A stretch of 64,000 nt of DNA from an uncultured Oscillospiraceae bacterium (GTDB taxonomy: Bacteria > Bacillota > Clostridia > Christensenellales > CAG-138), in contig CAZIQO010000002.1 of assembly GCA_964541465.1 (NCBI GenBank), forward strand, positions 710-64,709, read 5' to 3'. This document shows, piece after piece, positions 1-9,142 of this stretch (within the stretch, counting starts at the first letter, position 1; each line of letters begins with the position of its first letter). The notes below the pieces were generated by a model. That model searched no databases. It was given only the letters and a program-made list of their open reading frames with translations, and was not told the DNA's origin. Both the position numbers and the translations under genes were made by a program.

Positions 1-1
1 A

Positions 2-469
2 AACGTGCAGTTTGACCCTTCGCAGGAATACAACGATCCGGTGTCGGTCGTCGGCACAACGTCGAACGGATCCGTGCTTACCTACAAGGTGCGGGTGGGC
101 GACGGCCAGACGTACGCGTTCGACTGGTCGGACTCCGCTCGATCGATGAAAGCGGTCCAGGGTTATACCTATATCGCTACGCCCGAGATCAAGAATTGTC
201 TCGGATTTACGCTGACCTTCGAATACGAATTATCGGAAGGAACCATTCATAACGATTCCTGGTCGTTCTGGGTGCGGGAGAATGGAACGGACTGGGTTTA
301 CATATGCGATATCCTGATAACGGAAGGCGTGGAGCATACCGAGGATATCGTATTTGACCGCCCGATTACATTCTCCGAGATCATACTGCAGCCCCAAAAA
401 CAGTACGACTATTTTTCCTACTCCCACTATTACGGCGTAGATCATCTCGTTTTCGATTTGGGCGCATAA
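2..469 (+). CDS. hypothetical protein, C-terminal fragment (frame open to window edge)
   Basis: ORF 5..469 has no in-frame stop back to position 2. Composition is Tyr/Phe/Trp/Asp-rich rather than the Arg/Ala-rich shadow type. No family recognised. Confidence 0.5.
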   Translation, partial: NVQFDPSQEYNDPVSVVGTTSNGSVLTYKVRVGDGQTYAFDWSDSARSMKAVQGYTYIATPEIKNCLGFTLTFEYELSEGTIHNDSWSFWVRENGTDWVYICDILITEGVEHTEDIVFDRPITFSEIILQPQKQYDYFSYSHYYGVDHLVFDLGA

Positions 470-572
470 GCGAATCCCTTGTCCGTTCCTCGGCAGACAA
501 ACGGAGTTTTACACGATCCTGCCAACTGCGCCGGATCAACCGAAAACAATGGAGGTCAAAGGAGACGACAGA

Positions 573-2690
573 ATGATCGATCCGGGAAAACTCTGCATGC
601 GCTGCATGTCGGAACTGCCAAAGCCACGGTGCTTTTGCCCGCACTGCGGCTTCGATAATACCTCCGCCGAAAACGAGGCGCATCAGCTCGAATGCGGCAG
701 TATCCTCGCCGGCGCGTATCTGGTCGGCTGCGCGCTTGGTCAGGGCGGGTTCGGCATCACGTACGTCGGGTGGGACCTCAACCTCAACACCAAGGTCGCA
801 ATCAAGGAATACTACCCGGAAGGCTGTGTCACCCGCGACATGCGCACGCACGCCTCCGTCACGCCGCTTTCCGGCGCGCGCAGCGAGTTCTTTCAGCGCG
901 GCAAGGCGCATTTCGTCAACGAAGCGCAGATCCTCGCCAAATTTGCCGGCGAACCCGGCATCGTCGGCGTGCGCACCTTTTTCCACGAAAACGGCACAGC
1001 GTATATCGTCATGGACTTCGTGGAGGGGGAAACGCTCAAATCGTATGCGGCGCGCCGCGGCGGCAGGCTGCCTTCCGCGGAGGTGCTCCGGCTCTTCCAG
1101 CCCCTCTGCCGGTCGCTCGAGCGCGTGCACAAGGCAGGGCTGCTGCACCGAGACATCAGCCCGGACAATATCATGCTCCGGCCCGACGGAACGCTGGCGC
1201 TGCTGGATTTCGGCGCGGCGCGGCAGATGTCGGTAGCGGGCGAGCATTCCAATACGATCAACGTCAAGCACGGGTTCGCACCCGAGGAGCAGTATCGCAC
1301 GCACGGCGAGCAGGGCGCATGGACGGACGTATACGCGCTCTGCGCGACCATCTACCGCCTGACCACCGGCGTCACCCCGCCGCAGGCGCTCGACCGGCTC
1401 ACCGATGGAACGGTTTTAACGCCGCCGAACCGGCGCGGCGCGGATTTCACCCCCGCGCAGGAACGGGCGCTCCTGCACGGGCTGGCCGTACGCGCCGCCG
1501 ACCGTACGCCAAGCATGCGCCGCCTGGAGGCGGAGCTGTACGGGCCGCCGGACCAGACGGCGCAGCAGACCGGTTGGCCCGACCGCGCGCGGCATAACGG
1601 CCCGCCGGACGGCAGGCGCAGGAAGATCGTCGTTTGGGCGGCGTGCATTGCCGCCGCTGCCTGCGCCGCGGCCGCGCTGCTGCTGCTTGTCAATCATGCG
1701 TTTCAGGGGGAGAACGGCGCCGCGGGTTCCGGCACGCAGACCGCAGCCAGGACGGACGAAGCGGACCGCGCCGTAAGCGCGGCGGCAGCCACGGCCGCCC
1801 CGGCGCAGACAAACGCGCCCACCGCGGCGCCCGTGCTGACCCCCACCCCGGCGCCCAGTCCGGCACACACGCCGTTTCCCGCCGGTTCCATCGAGAGCGG
1901 AATCATCGCCGCGGGTTCGGATTTTACGCTCGCGCTGAAAAGCGACGGAAGCGTTGCGCGCATCGGTTCGGACGCGGTCGACACAAGCGGCTGGTCGGAT
2001 ATCGTTCAGATTTCGGCGCATGAGGAGCACGCCGCCGGGGTTCGCGCGAACGGAACGGTCGCATTCGCCGGCGTCAATGCGGACAACGACGGGAATGTCG
2101 CCGGCTGGTCCAATATCGTGCAGGTCGTGACCGGCTATCACAACACGCTCGGCCTGACGGCGGACGGACACGTCTACTATACCGGGTTCGACCGCAATCA
2201 CCAAAGCGACTGCGCCAAGTGGACCGGCATCGTCAAACTGCTCGGCGGGGACGACCACCACGCGGGCATCAAGGCGGACGGCACGATCGTCGCCGCCGGT
2301 TACAACGGTGCGGGCCAGTGCGATACGTCCGCCCTCAGCGGCGTTGTGGACGGCGCCGTTTCCAGCGGAACGACCTACTGCGTTTTCGCGGACGGAAGCG
2401 TATGCGCCCTCGGCAAGGACTGGTGCGGCGAGGATCAGATCGGCGGCTGGTACGATATCGTGGCCATCTCGGGCGGAGACGAGCATACGGTGGGGCTTAG
2501 AAGGGACGGAACGGTGGTCGCCGCCGGCAGCAACGAATACGGCCAGTGCGAAGTAAGCGCCTGGACGGATATCATCGCCATATGTACCGGCCAGTTCCAC
2601 ACGGTGGGCGTTTGCGCAGACGGCACGCTGGTCGCCACGGGCCTGAACGACCACGGTCAGTGCAACGTTTCGGGTATCCGGCTCTGGTAG
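573..2690 (+). CDS. membrane Ser/Thr protein kinase with N-terminal Cys4 zinc ribbon, one TM helix, Pro/Ala/Thr linker and C-terminal RCC1-like repeats
   Basis: Hanks kinase motifs GQGGFGITY, AIKEY, HRDISPDNIM and DFGAA. CxxC...CxxC near the N-terminus. Hydrophobic segment IVVWAACIAAAACAAAALLLLV. Repeated G.N..GQC units (GYNGAGQCD, GSNEYGQCE, GLNDHGQCN). ATG 573 is preferred over 549 because AAGGAGA lies 7 nt upstream. Confidence 0.9.
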   Translation: MIDPGKLCMRCMSELPKPRCFCPHCGFDNTSAENEAHQLECGSILAGAYLVGCALGQGGFGITYVGWDLNLNTKVAIKEYYPEGCVTRDMRTHASVTPLSGARSEFFQRGKAHFVNEAQILAKFAGEPGIVGVRTFFHENGTAYIVMDFVEGETLKSYAARRGGRLPSAEVLRLFQPLCRSLERVHKAGLLHRDISPDNIMLRPDGTLALLDFGAARQMSVAGEHSNTINVKHGFAPEEQYRTHGEQGAWTDVYALCATIYRLTTGVTPPQALDRLTDGTVLTPPNRRGADFTPAQERALLHGLAVRAADRTPSMRRLEAELYGPPDQTAQQTGWPDRARHNGPPDGRRRKIVVWAACIAAAACAAAALLLLVNHAFQGENGAAGSGTQTAARTDEADRAVSAAAATAAPAQTNAPTAAPVLTPTPAPSPAHTPFPAGSIESGIIAAGSDFTLALKSDGSVARIGSDAVDTSGWSDIVQISAHEEHAAGVRANGTVAFAGVNADNDGNVAGWSNIVQVVTGYHNTLGLTADGHVYYTGFDRNHQSDCAKWTGIVKLLGGDDHHAGIKADGTIVAAGYNGAGQCDTSALSGVVDGAVSSGTTYCVFADGSVCALGKDWCGEDQIGGWYDIVAISGGDEHTVGLRRDGTVVAAGSNEYGQCEVSAWTDIIAICTGQFHTVGVCADGTLVATGLNDHGQCNVSGIRLW

Positions 2691-2707
2691 AAACTCTCTG
2701 TTCTTTC

Positions 2708-2873
2708 ACAGGGGTTTCACCCCTGCACCCCACCCAAGGGACACGTCCCTTGGGAATCCCTGGCCCCGCAAGCTCTTATTTTAAGGCGCTTGCAGAAATG
2801 GGTTCTCAGGGCCGTTACGGCTCGAAGCAGTGGCTTGGAGGCGGAGCCTCCAATGGCCCCCCTTTATCGACAG
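2708..2873. repeat. hairpin-rich intergenic repeat, family A, copy 1
   Basis: About 165 nt, alignable end to end with 30881..31048. Shared blocks: cccctgcaccccacccaagggacacgtcccttgggaat, gaaatgggttctcagggcc, ttggaggcggagcctcca, ctttatcgaca. Contains palindromes ccaagggac-ac-gtcccttgg and ttggaggc-gga-gcctccaa. Confidence 0.85.
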
Positions 2874-2914
2874 GCAGGGGGCCGCGGTTCTGTCCGCGGC
2901 CCCCTGCTTTTTTT
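2874..2914 (+). terminator. rho-independent terminator (kinase gene; A-tract/U-tract arrangement could work bidirectionally for the convergent ALDH gene)
   Basis: 14-bp GC stem gcagggggccgcgg / ccgcggccccctgc with loop ttctgt, followed by T7. Confidence 0.85.
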
Positions 2915-2941
2915 GGTACGGTCTGTATCATCCCCCGCCGC

Positions 2942-4375
2942 TTACAGCACGCCGCGGATGATGTAGGACTTCTCCTGGCTGAACTCCTCGAGCGTGGAAG
3001 CCACGCCCTCGCGCCCGATGCCGGACTGCTTGAACCCGCCGAACGGCTGGTCCAGATGCCGGTAGTTACCGGTGGCGTTGGTCACCACGCCGCCGGCCTT
3101 GAGCTTCGTTGCGATTTTGATGCCGAGCGCGTAGTCGCTCGTGACCACGCCCGCCTGCAGGCCGTATTTCGTCTGATTGGCGAGTTCGATGGCCTCCTCG
3201 ACGGTGTCGAAGGGAATGATCGGGATCACCGGCCCGAAGATCTCGAGGTCCTTTGCGACGGGCATATCCTTCGTGACGTTCGTGAACACCGTCGGTTCGA
3301 GGAAGGTCCCGTTTTTGAGCGTGCCGCCGTAGACGCATTTGGCGCCCTGCGCCTTCAGGTCCGCGATCTGCGCCATGACCTTTTCGGCCGCCGCGGCGGA
3401 GTGCATGCAGCCGTATTCCGTGGACGGATCCGTCGGGTCGCCGCGCTTCACCCGGTCGAGCCGCGCGCAGAGGCGGCGGACCAGCTCGTCGTGGATGCTC
3501 CGGTGCACCAGGAAACGCTTGCTCGCGCAGCAGGTCTGGCCGACGTTGAACACGCGGCCCCAGTAGATCTGTTCCACCGCGTAGTCGATGTCCGCATCCT
3601 TGCAGATGATCAGCGCGTCGTTGCCGCCGAGTTCGAGGAACACCTTGTGCAGATACGGCGCGCTGTCGCTGAGCACGCCAATGCCGGCGGCCGTGGAACC
3701 CGTGATGGACACCGCCTGAATGCCGTCGGTTTTGATGATCTCGTCGGTCACGAACGCGCGGTCCGCGTAGACGACCTGCGCCGCGTCCGCCGGAACCCCC
3801 GCCTCGACAAGGAGCTTGGTCATCTCGATAAGCGTGAGCGGATCGGTCGCCGGAACCTTGATGATCACGGCGTTTCCCATGATCAGCGCGGGGATAACCT
3901 TATGCGCGTACAACTCCAGCGGGAAGTTGAACGGCACGATGCAGAGAAACACGCCGAGCGGCTCGCGGCGCGTGAAGATCAGGTCCGCCTCCAGCCCGGG
4001 CTGGTTGTCATTGATCACCTTGCCGTAGAGATGGTTCGCATGCTGGATAAACCCCTTCGAGATGTTCGCCGTACCGACCGCTTCACCCATCGCCTCGCCG
4101 TAGATCTTGCCCATTTCGCGGCTCAGCGTCAGGCCGAGACGGTCCTTGTTTGCGCCAAGCAGCTCCACGTAGCGCATGAGGATCTCCGTGCGTTTGTACA
4201 GCGGCATCGCGCTCCACGCTTCGAATCCCTTTTTCGCGTTTGCCAGGATCTGCGCGCCGTCGCCTTTTAAGGCCTTGTAAACCGTTCCCACCGTTTCGCC
4301 GTTGGCGGGATTTTTGATGGCGATTTCGCCGGCGCCGGCCGGCCGTGTTTCAAAGCCGTTCAGTTTCATGCCCAT
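2942..4375 (-). CDS. NAD(P)+-dependent aldehyde dehydrogenase
   Basis: 477 aa with ALDH-family motifs ELGGND and FNVGQTCCASKRF (catalytic Cys region). ACGGAGGAC RBS 7 nt upstream of the ATG. Confidence 0.9.
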   Translation of the reverse strand: MGMKLNGFETRPAGAGEIAIKNPANGETVGTVYKALKGDGAQILANAKKGFEAWSAMPLYKRTEILMRYVELLGANKDRLGLTLSREMGKIYGEAMGEAVGTANISKGFIQHANHLYGKVINDNQPGLEADLIFTRREPLGVFLCIVPFNFPLELYAHKVIPALIMGNAVIIKVPATDPLTLIEMTKLLVEAGVPADAAQVVYADRAFVTDEIIKTDGIQAVSITGSTAAGIGVLSDSAPYLHKVFLELGGNDALIICKDADIDYAVEQIYWGRVFNVGQTCCASKRFLVHRSIHDELVRRLCARLDRVKRGDPTDPSTEYGCMHSAAAAEKVMAQIADLKAQGAKCVYGGTLKNGTFLEPTVFTNVTKDMPVAKDLEIFGPVIPIIPFDTVEEAIELANQTKYGLQAGVVTSDYALGIKIATKLKAGGVVTNATGNYRHLDQPFGGFKQSGIGREGVASTLEEFSQEKSYIIRGVL

Positions 4376-4432
4376 CGCGTATGTCCTCCGTTCTTTTTCT
4401 GATTTTTTACCATTCGTTTGTTTATGGACCGT

Positions 4433-5758
4433 TTATGGTACGGCGTTCGCCGCGATCTGCACCGCATCCCACACCGCCGCAAACGGCGGCGCATACCCGA
4501 GGTCCAGCCTGCCGAGCTCGCCTGCGGTCATGCCGCGGTCGACCGCGCAGGCGAACACGTCGATACGCCAGGCGCTCTCGCCCTTTCCCATGATCTGCGC
4601 GCCAAGGACCCGCTTCGTGCCGCGTTCAAAGCAGACGCGGATCGTGACGGGCACGGGCGCCGGATAATACGGCGCGTGGGAAAGCGTCTGCACCGTAACG
4701 TCGTCCGCGTCGAACCCCGCTTCGAGCGCCTCGCGCTTTGCTATGCCGGTCTTGGCCAGTTCGAGCGTCACGCAGCGGAGCATCGCGGTGCCGAGCGCGC
4801 CGCCGAATCCGCCGTCCCGGCCAAGCATACCGTCCGCGGCGAAGCGGCCCTGCTTATTGGCGTTCGTGCCGAGCGGGATATACGCCGGCCGGTTCAGAAC
4901 GCGGTGCCATACCGCCGCGCAGTCGCCCGCGGCATAAACATCCGGAACCGACGTCTCCATGCGTTCGTTCGTAACGATCGCGCCGTTTTTGAGGCGTTCG
5001 ATCTGCGCGTCGCCGAGAAAACGCGTGTTCGGCCGGACACCGACGACGACCACCACGACATCCACGGGGTATTCCCCCCTGTCGGTGCGGACCGTCCGTT
5101 TTCCGTCCTGCCCGCCGATGCCGGCGAGCGCCTCGCCGACGCAAACGAGCGCGCCGTTCTGCTCCAGTTCCTCCTTCGCCGCCTGCCCGAAGTCCGCGTC
5201 GAACCCGTTGAGCAGCCGGGGCAGGGCTTCGAAGAGCATCGTCTTCTTGCCGCGAAGAAGGCAGGCCTCCGCCAGCTCTACGCCGATATACCCGCCGCCC
5301 ACGATCGCAACGCGCATACAGTCCGGCCGATCAAGCGCGTTTCGCAGCGATTCCCCGTCCTGCAGGGTTCTGAGCGTATACACAAACGGCAGGTCCATGC
5401 CGGGCAGCGGCGGGCGCACCGGGGACGCCCCGACGCCGATAAGCAGCTTGTCGTAACATTCATACGTCGTTTGGCCGTCGTGCCGCACTGCGACGGCCTT
5501 TTGTGAGAAGTCGACCGCCGTCGCCTCGTGGAACAGCCGCAGGTCGATTCCCTGCGCGCGGAACTCCTCGGCTTTCCGGATCCGCATGCGGTCCAGCTCG
5601 TCGTTGACGCCTCCAACGTAGTACGGCAGTCCGCAGGCACCGTAGGAAACCTCGCCGCTCTGTTCGAATACGACGACCTCGTTGCCGCTCGATTTCCGCA
5701 CCAGCCGCGAAGCGGCGCTCATGCCGGCCGCATCGCCTCCGAGAATCAGAATCCTCAT
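4433..5758 (-). CDS. FAD-dependent pyridine nucleotide-disulfide oxidoreductase (CoA-disulfide reductase / NADH oxidase family)
   Basis: N-terminal ILILGGDAAG dinucleotide fold. Single redox Cys motif SYGACGLPYYVGG. Second GGGYIGVE NAD(P) fold. Late GDCA motif. Confidence 0.85.
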   Translation of the reverse strand: MRILILGGDAAGMSAASRLVRKSSGNEVVVFEQSGEVSYGACGLPYYVGGVNDELDRMRIRKAEEFRAQGIDLRLFHEATAVDFSQKAVAVRHDGQTTYECYDKLLIGVGASPVRPPLPGMDLPFVYTLRTLQDGESLRNALDRPDCMRVAIVGGGYIGVELAEACLLRGKKTMLFEALPRLLNGFDADFGQAAKEELEQNGALVCVGEALAGIGGQDGKRTVRTDRGEYPVDVVVVVVGVRPNTRFLGDAQIERLKNGAIVTNERMETSVPDVYAAGDCAAVWHRVLNRPAYIPLGTNANKQGRFAADGMLGRDGGFGGALGTAMLRCVTLELAKTGIAKREALEAGFDADDVTVQTLSHAPYYPAPVPVTIRVCFERGTKRVLGAQIMGKGESAWRIDVFACAVDRGMTAGELGRLDLGYAPPFAAVWDAVQIAANAVP

Positions 5759-5773
5759 CGCGTTCCGCTCCGA

Positions 5774-6724
5774 TCAGACGATTACGTTCCGAAGGCCGTT
5801 CCCGCGGATATAGTCGGCCAGCAGCTCGCCCGCCTGGGCGCAGATCCGGTACCCCGAGGCGGCGGAGTAATATGCCGTATGGGGCGTGATCAGCACGTTG
5901 CCGAACGCCGCGAACCGCTTCGCCGCTTCCAGGTCGCCTTCGATCACGTCCAGCGCGGCCCCGCCGATCCTCCCCGATGAAACCGCGTCGTAGAGCGCGT
6001 CCGTGTCGATCAGCGGTCCGCGCGCCGTATTGATGATGTAGGCCTGCGGCTTCATCTTGGAAAAGGCCTCCGCGTTGAGGATATGCTTCGTTTCCGCCGT
6101 AAGCGGCACGTGCAGCAGCAGGAAATCCGAGCGGCGCAGCACATCGTCGAGCGAAACGAGCGTCAGCCCGAGCCGCCCGGCAACATCCTCCGGCAGATAC
6201 GGATCGTACCCGATCAATTCCACGCCGAACGGAATCAGCCGCGGCATGACCTTCTGGGCGATGCCGCCGCAGCCGATGAACCCGACCGTCGCGCCGCACA
6301 TGCCGCGGATCGCGCCGTATTGCTTCGGCGGCTTCCAGCTTCCCGCGCGTACGTCCAGCACCTGCGGAAAGAGCCGGCGCTCCAGCGAAAGCAGCAGGGC
6401 CACCGTATGGTCCGCAACCTCTTCCTGACAGTAACGCGGCAGGTTGCACACATGCACGCCGCGTTCCTTCGCCGCCGCAAGATCGATATTGTCCACGCCG
6501 ATTCCCGCGCGCACGATCACCTGCAGTTTCGGCAGACTGCGGATCACCCGTGCGGAGACCACCGTAAGCGCAACCAGCAGCGCATCCGCGTTTTGCCCGG
6601 CCGCGAGAATGCTCTCCTCGTCCGGCTCGCGGATCAGCTCATAGCTGCCGCCCGCCTCCTCGATCAGCCGCTTTTCGATGCTGCCGTCGGAATATCCCGT
6701 GGATACGTGCAGTACATGAAACAT
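5774..6724 (-). CDS. D-isomer-specific 2-hydroxyacid dehydrogenase family protein
   Basis: GFIGCGGIAQKV NAD fold and the family pattern ...NTARG..ID..AL. Start trimmed to ATG 6724 (MFHVLHV...), which has GGAAGGAG upstream. The track ORF extends to 6805. Confidence 0.85.
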   Translation of the reverse strand: MFHVLHVSTGYSDGSIEKRLIEEAGGSYELIREPDEESILAAGQNADALLVALTVVSARVIRSLPKLQVIVRAGIGVDNIDLAAAKERGVHVCNLPRYCQEEVADHTVALLLSLERRLFPQVLDVRAGSWKPPKQYGAIRGMCGATVGFIGCGGIAQKVMPRLIPFGVELIGYDPYLPEDVAGRLGLTLVSLDDVLRRSDFLLLHVPLTAETKHILNAEAFSKMKPQAYIINTARGPLIDTDALYDAVSSGRIGGAALDVIEGDLEAAKRFAAFGNVLITPHTAYYSAASGYRICAQAGELLADYIRGNGLRNVIV

Positions 6725-6770
6725 TGTTCGCTCCTTCCGTCCGTTCCGTCGCCCGAACGGATCAAACCTG

Positions 6771-6802
6771 ATAAAATGAAACCGGCGAAACGGTTTCGCC
6801 GG
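6771..6802 (-). terminator. rho-independent terminator after the GntR gene
   Basis: On the minus strand: ccggcgaaa-ccg-tttcgccgg (9-bp stem) followed by tttcatttta. Confidence 0.65.
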
Positions 6803-6811
6803 CAAAAGTCG

Positions 6812-7474
6812 TCAACTGAACCGGCGGTAATCGTCCGCCACGCTCAGCAGATGCTCGGCCATGCGCGCGCGCGCGCCTTCCGCGTCGTGCTGGGCAATCG
6901 CGTCCACCAGCCGGATATGCTGCTTGTGCGCGCGCTCCTGTACGCCCGGCAGGGTGGAGGTCTTCTGTCGGCTGATTTCGCCGATTTTGCCGATGCTCGT
7001 AATGAACCGGATCAGAATGGGATTCCCCGTCGCGTAGGCGATTTTCTCATGCAGTTGCTGGTCGACGCGCGCGTCGAACCCCTGACCAATCAGCTCTTTG
7101 AGCTCCGCGATCTGCGCGTCGCTCGCGCGTTCGGCCGCAAGCGCCGCGATCGACGGCTCCAGAATGTTCCGCGCCTCAAAGAGGCTGAACACCGTGGACT
7201 TATCCAGCAGAAACACAAACTGCAGGTGCTCCACAAGTTTGCACGGGTCCAGCGAGGAAATGAACGCCCCCTTTCCCTGATAGATATCGATGACGTTCAT
7301 GATCTCCAGCGTCCTGAGCGCCTCCCGGATGGAAACGCGGCTGACACCGTAGATTTCGAGCAGTTTCTTTTCGCTCGGCAGCTTATCGCCGGGCTTTAAG
7401 CGGCCTTCGACAATGTCGTTGAGGATCTGTTCCACGATCTCCTCGGAGAGGACCTGTCTTTTCGCTCCCAGCAT
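6812..7474 (-). CDS. GntR/FadR-family transcriptional regulator
   Basis: N-terminal winged-HTH pattern LPSEKKLLEIYGVSRVSIREALRTLE, followed by a helical FCD-like C-terminal domain. 220 aa. Confidence 0.9.
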   Translation of the reverse strand: MLGAKRQVLSEEIVEQILNDIVEGRLKPGDKLPSEKKLLEIYGVSRVSIREALRTLEIMNVIDIYQGKGAFISSLDPCKLVEHLQFVFLLDKSTVFSLFEARNILEPSIAALAAERASDAQIAELKELIGQGFDARVDQQLHEKIAYATGNPILIRFITSIGKIGEISRQKTSTLPGVQERAHKQHIRLVDAIAQHDAEGARARMAEHLLSVADDYRRFS

Positions 7475-7519
7475 CGATTGCTTTCCCCCTAAAAAATCAA
7501 CATTCGGCTTTCTGCCGGC

Positions 7520-7945
7520 TCATTGCCGGACCGGCCGGAAAAACGGCAGCGAGACCCCGTCTTCCCGATCGTAAAACTCCACCTGCACCGGCTGCCCGCA
7601 TTGCAGATCGGTTGGATCACAGCCGGCGATATTTGTCAGCAAACGTACGCCTTCGTCAAGATCCACACTCGCCACAACGTATGGGAGCCGCCCTTCCAGC
7701 GACGGATGGAACGCCCTTCGGAACACGACGTAGCTGTAGATCCGCCCCCTTCCGGCGCTCTCGATCCAATCATAGTCGAACGCACTGCATTCCGGGCAGA
7801 CAAAGGACGCGGGCCAGCGGACCTTTCCGCAGCGCGCGCACCTCTGAAACAGCAGCCTGTGCCCGCGGCAGCCCTCCCAGAACGGACGCTCGTCGTGCGT
7901 CATCTTCGGCGCAAACAGCACCTTCGCTTCGCCTTCCGCCATCAT
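7520..7945 (-). CDS. DUF35 Zn-ribbon/OB-fold protein (partner of thiolase-like enzymes)
   Basis: CxxC...CxxC zinc ribbon (CARCGKVRWPASFVCPEC) followed by an OB-fold-like tail. Start MMAEGE at 7945 overlaps the upstream thiolase-like stop (ATGA). The track ORF up to 8194 is a shadow extension. Confidence 0.8.
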   Translation of the reverse strand: MMAEGEAKVLFAPKMTHDERPFWEGCRGHRLLFQRCARCGKVRWPASFVCPECSAFDYDWIESAGRGRIYSYVVFRRAFHPSLEGRLPYVVASVDLDEGVRLLTNIAGCDPTDLQCGQPVQVEFYDREDGVSLPFFRPVRQ

Positions 7946-9138
7946 CGGCCGCCCTCCTTCAGGATCAGCGCGAGGTGGCTTTGATACACCTCGCCGTTGT
8001 CGCTGCAAAGGATGAATTCCGGCCGTTTCGTTCCCGGCAGCACGCCGAGCTGCCGCTCCCCGCAGCGGCCCGTGAGCTGCATCACCGCCTCCGACACCGG
8101 CGTCAGACCCATGCAGTACGATTCGGACAGCAGTCCGCCCGAGGTGTTGACCGGCAGGCTTCCGCCTGGTCCGATGCGCTCGGGGACGAACCATTCTGCC
8201 GAGTCCTTCGGCTCAAAGAAGCCGTAGTCCCGCAGCGTCGCTTCCACCGTATAGGTAAAGCAGTCGTAGATTTCACATGCGCCGATCTCTGCGCGCGTAA
8301 TCCCCGCCATCTCGAAGGCGTCCCTGCCAGCGGGAAACGCGCCGCTTGTTCGGTCCGTGTGAGTCTGCCAGAGCGGCAGCATAGCGGTGTTGCTTACGCC
8401 GAATCCGCTCACCGTGGCGTAGGGCCGGCCGAGTTCCTTCGCGCGCTCCGCCGTCGTGAGCACGATCGCGCGGCCGCCGTCGGTGATCATCGTCGCGTCC
8501 AGGATACGGAACGGCTCCACCAGATACTCGGCGGAGAGGTAGTCCTCCTCGCTCAGCGGTTTTCCGTACATGGCCGCGCGCGGATTGAGGCATGCCCAGC
8601 GCCGCTGGCTGGCCGCGATCCGCTTCCAGACATGCGGTCCCGTGCCGTCCTCGTACATCGCGCGCCGCGCGCACAGCGCATACTTGGCCATCACGCTGAA
8701 ATCGCCGAACGCCGCGCCGTCGTCCGCGGGCGCGCCGCAGTGCAGTTCGCCGACGAACGAGCGCCGCTGCGACCGCCCGTTATCACCGTAACAGACCAGC
8801 ACATACCGGCACACGCCCGTTTCCAGCAGGCCCAGCGCGTGCGTGAGCCAGCTTCGGTAGCAGTACGCCTCCTGGCTCAGCACCGCCGGGCGGATGCCGA
8901 GATGCTGCGCCACAAGAAAGCCCGTAACGTCCAGGTCCTCGCCGAGCGGCTCCAGATGCCGATACAGCAGCAACCCGTCGATATCTTCCTTGCGCAGACC
9001 CGCGTCGGCGATCGCGTTGACGCATGCCTCCAGATGGAAGCTCAGCGCCGTACGCCCGGGCACCTTCCCCTGCGGCGTATACCCAACGCCCACGACGGCG
9101 AGGCGGTCTTTCAGGCGTTCCCTGCCTCCGGCGGACAT
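7942..9138 (-). CDS. thiolase-like protein (SCP-x / Ltp-type, non-canonical thiolase family)
   Basis: 398 aa with a thiolase-fold N-terminus (LAVVGVGYTPQGK...) and a C-terminal GGLLSESYCMGLT-type motif. Translationally coupled to the DUF35 gene. Confidence 0.8.
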   Translation of the reverse strand: MSAGGRERLKDRLAVVGVGYTPQGKVPGRTALSFHLEACVNAIADAGLRKEDIDGLLLYRHLEPLGEDLDVTGFLVAQHLGIRPAVLSQEAYCYRSWLTHALGLLETGVCRYVLVCYGDNGRSQRRSFVGELHCGAPADDGAAFGDFSVMAKYALCARRAMYEDGTGPHVWKRIAASQRRWACLNPRAAMYGKPLSEEDYLSAEYLVEPFRILDATMITDGGRAIVLTTAERAKELGRPYATVSGFGVSNTAMLPLWQTHTDRTSGAFPAGRDAFEMAGITRAEIGACEIYDCFTYTVEATLRDYGFFEPKDSAEWFVPERIGPGGSLPVNTSGGLLSESYCMGLTPVSEAVMQLTGRCGERQLGVLPGTKRPEFILCSDNGEVYQSHLALILKEGGR

Positions 9139-9142
9139 AGGC

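Noticed and set aside
2546-4270. 574-aa ORF running through repeat A copy 1 and antisense to the ALDH gene. A similar ORF at 30504..31355 runs through copy 2.
   Set aside because: The two ORFs cross the repeat in different frames, so no protein is conserved. The rest of each ORF is shadow sequence.
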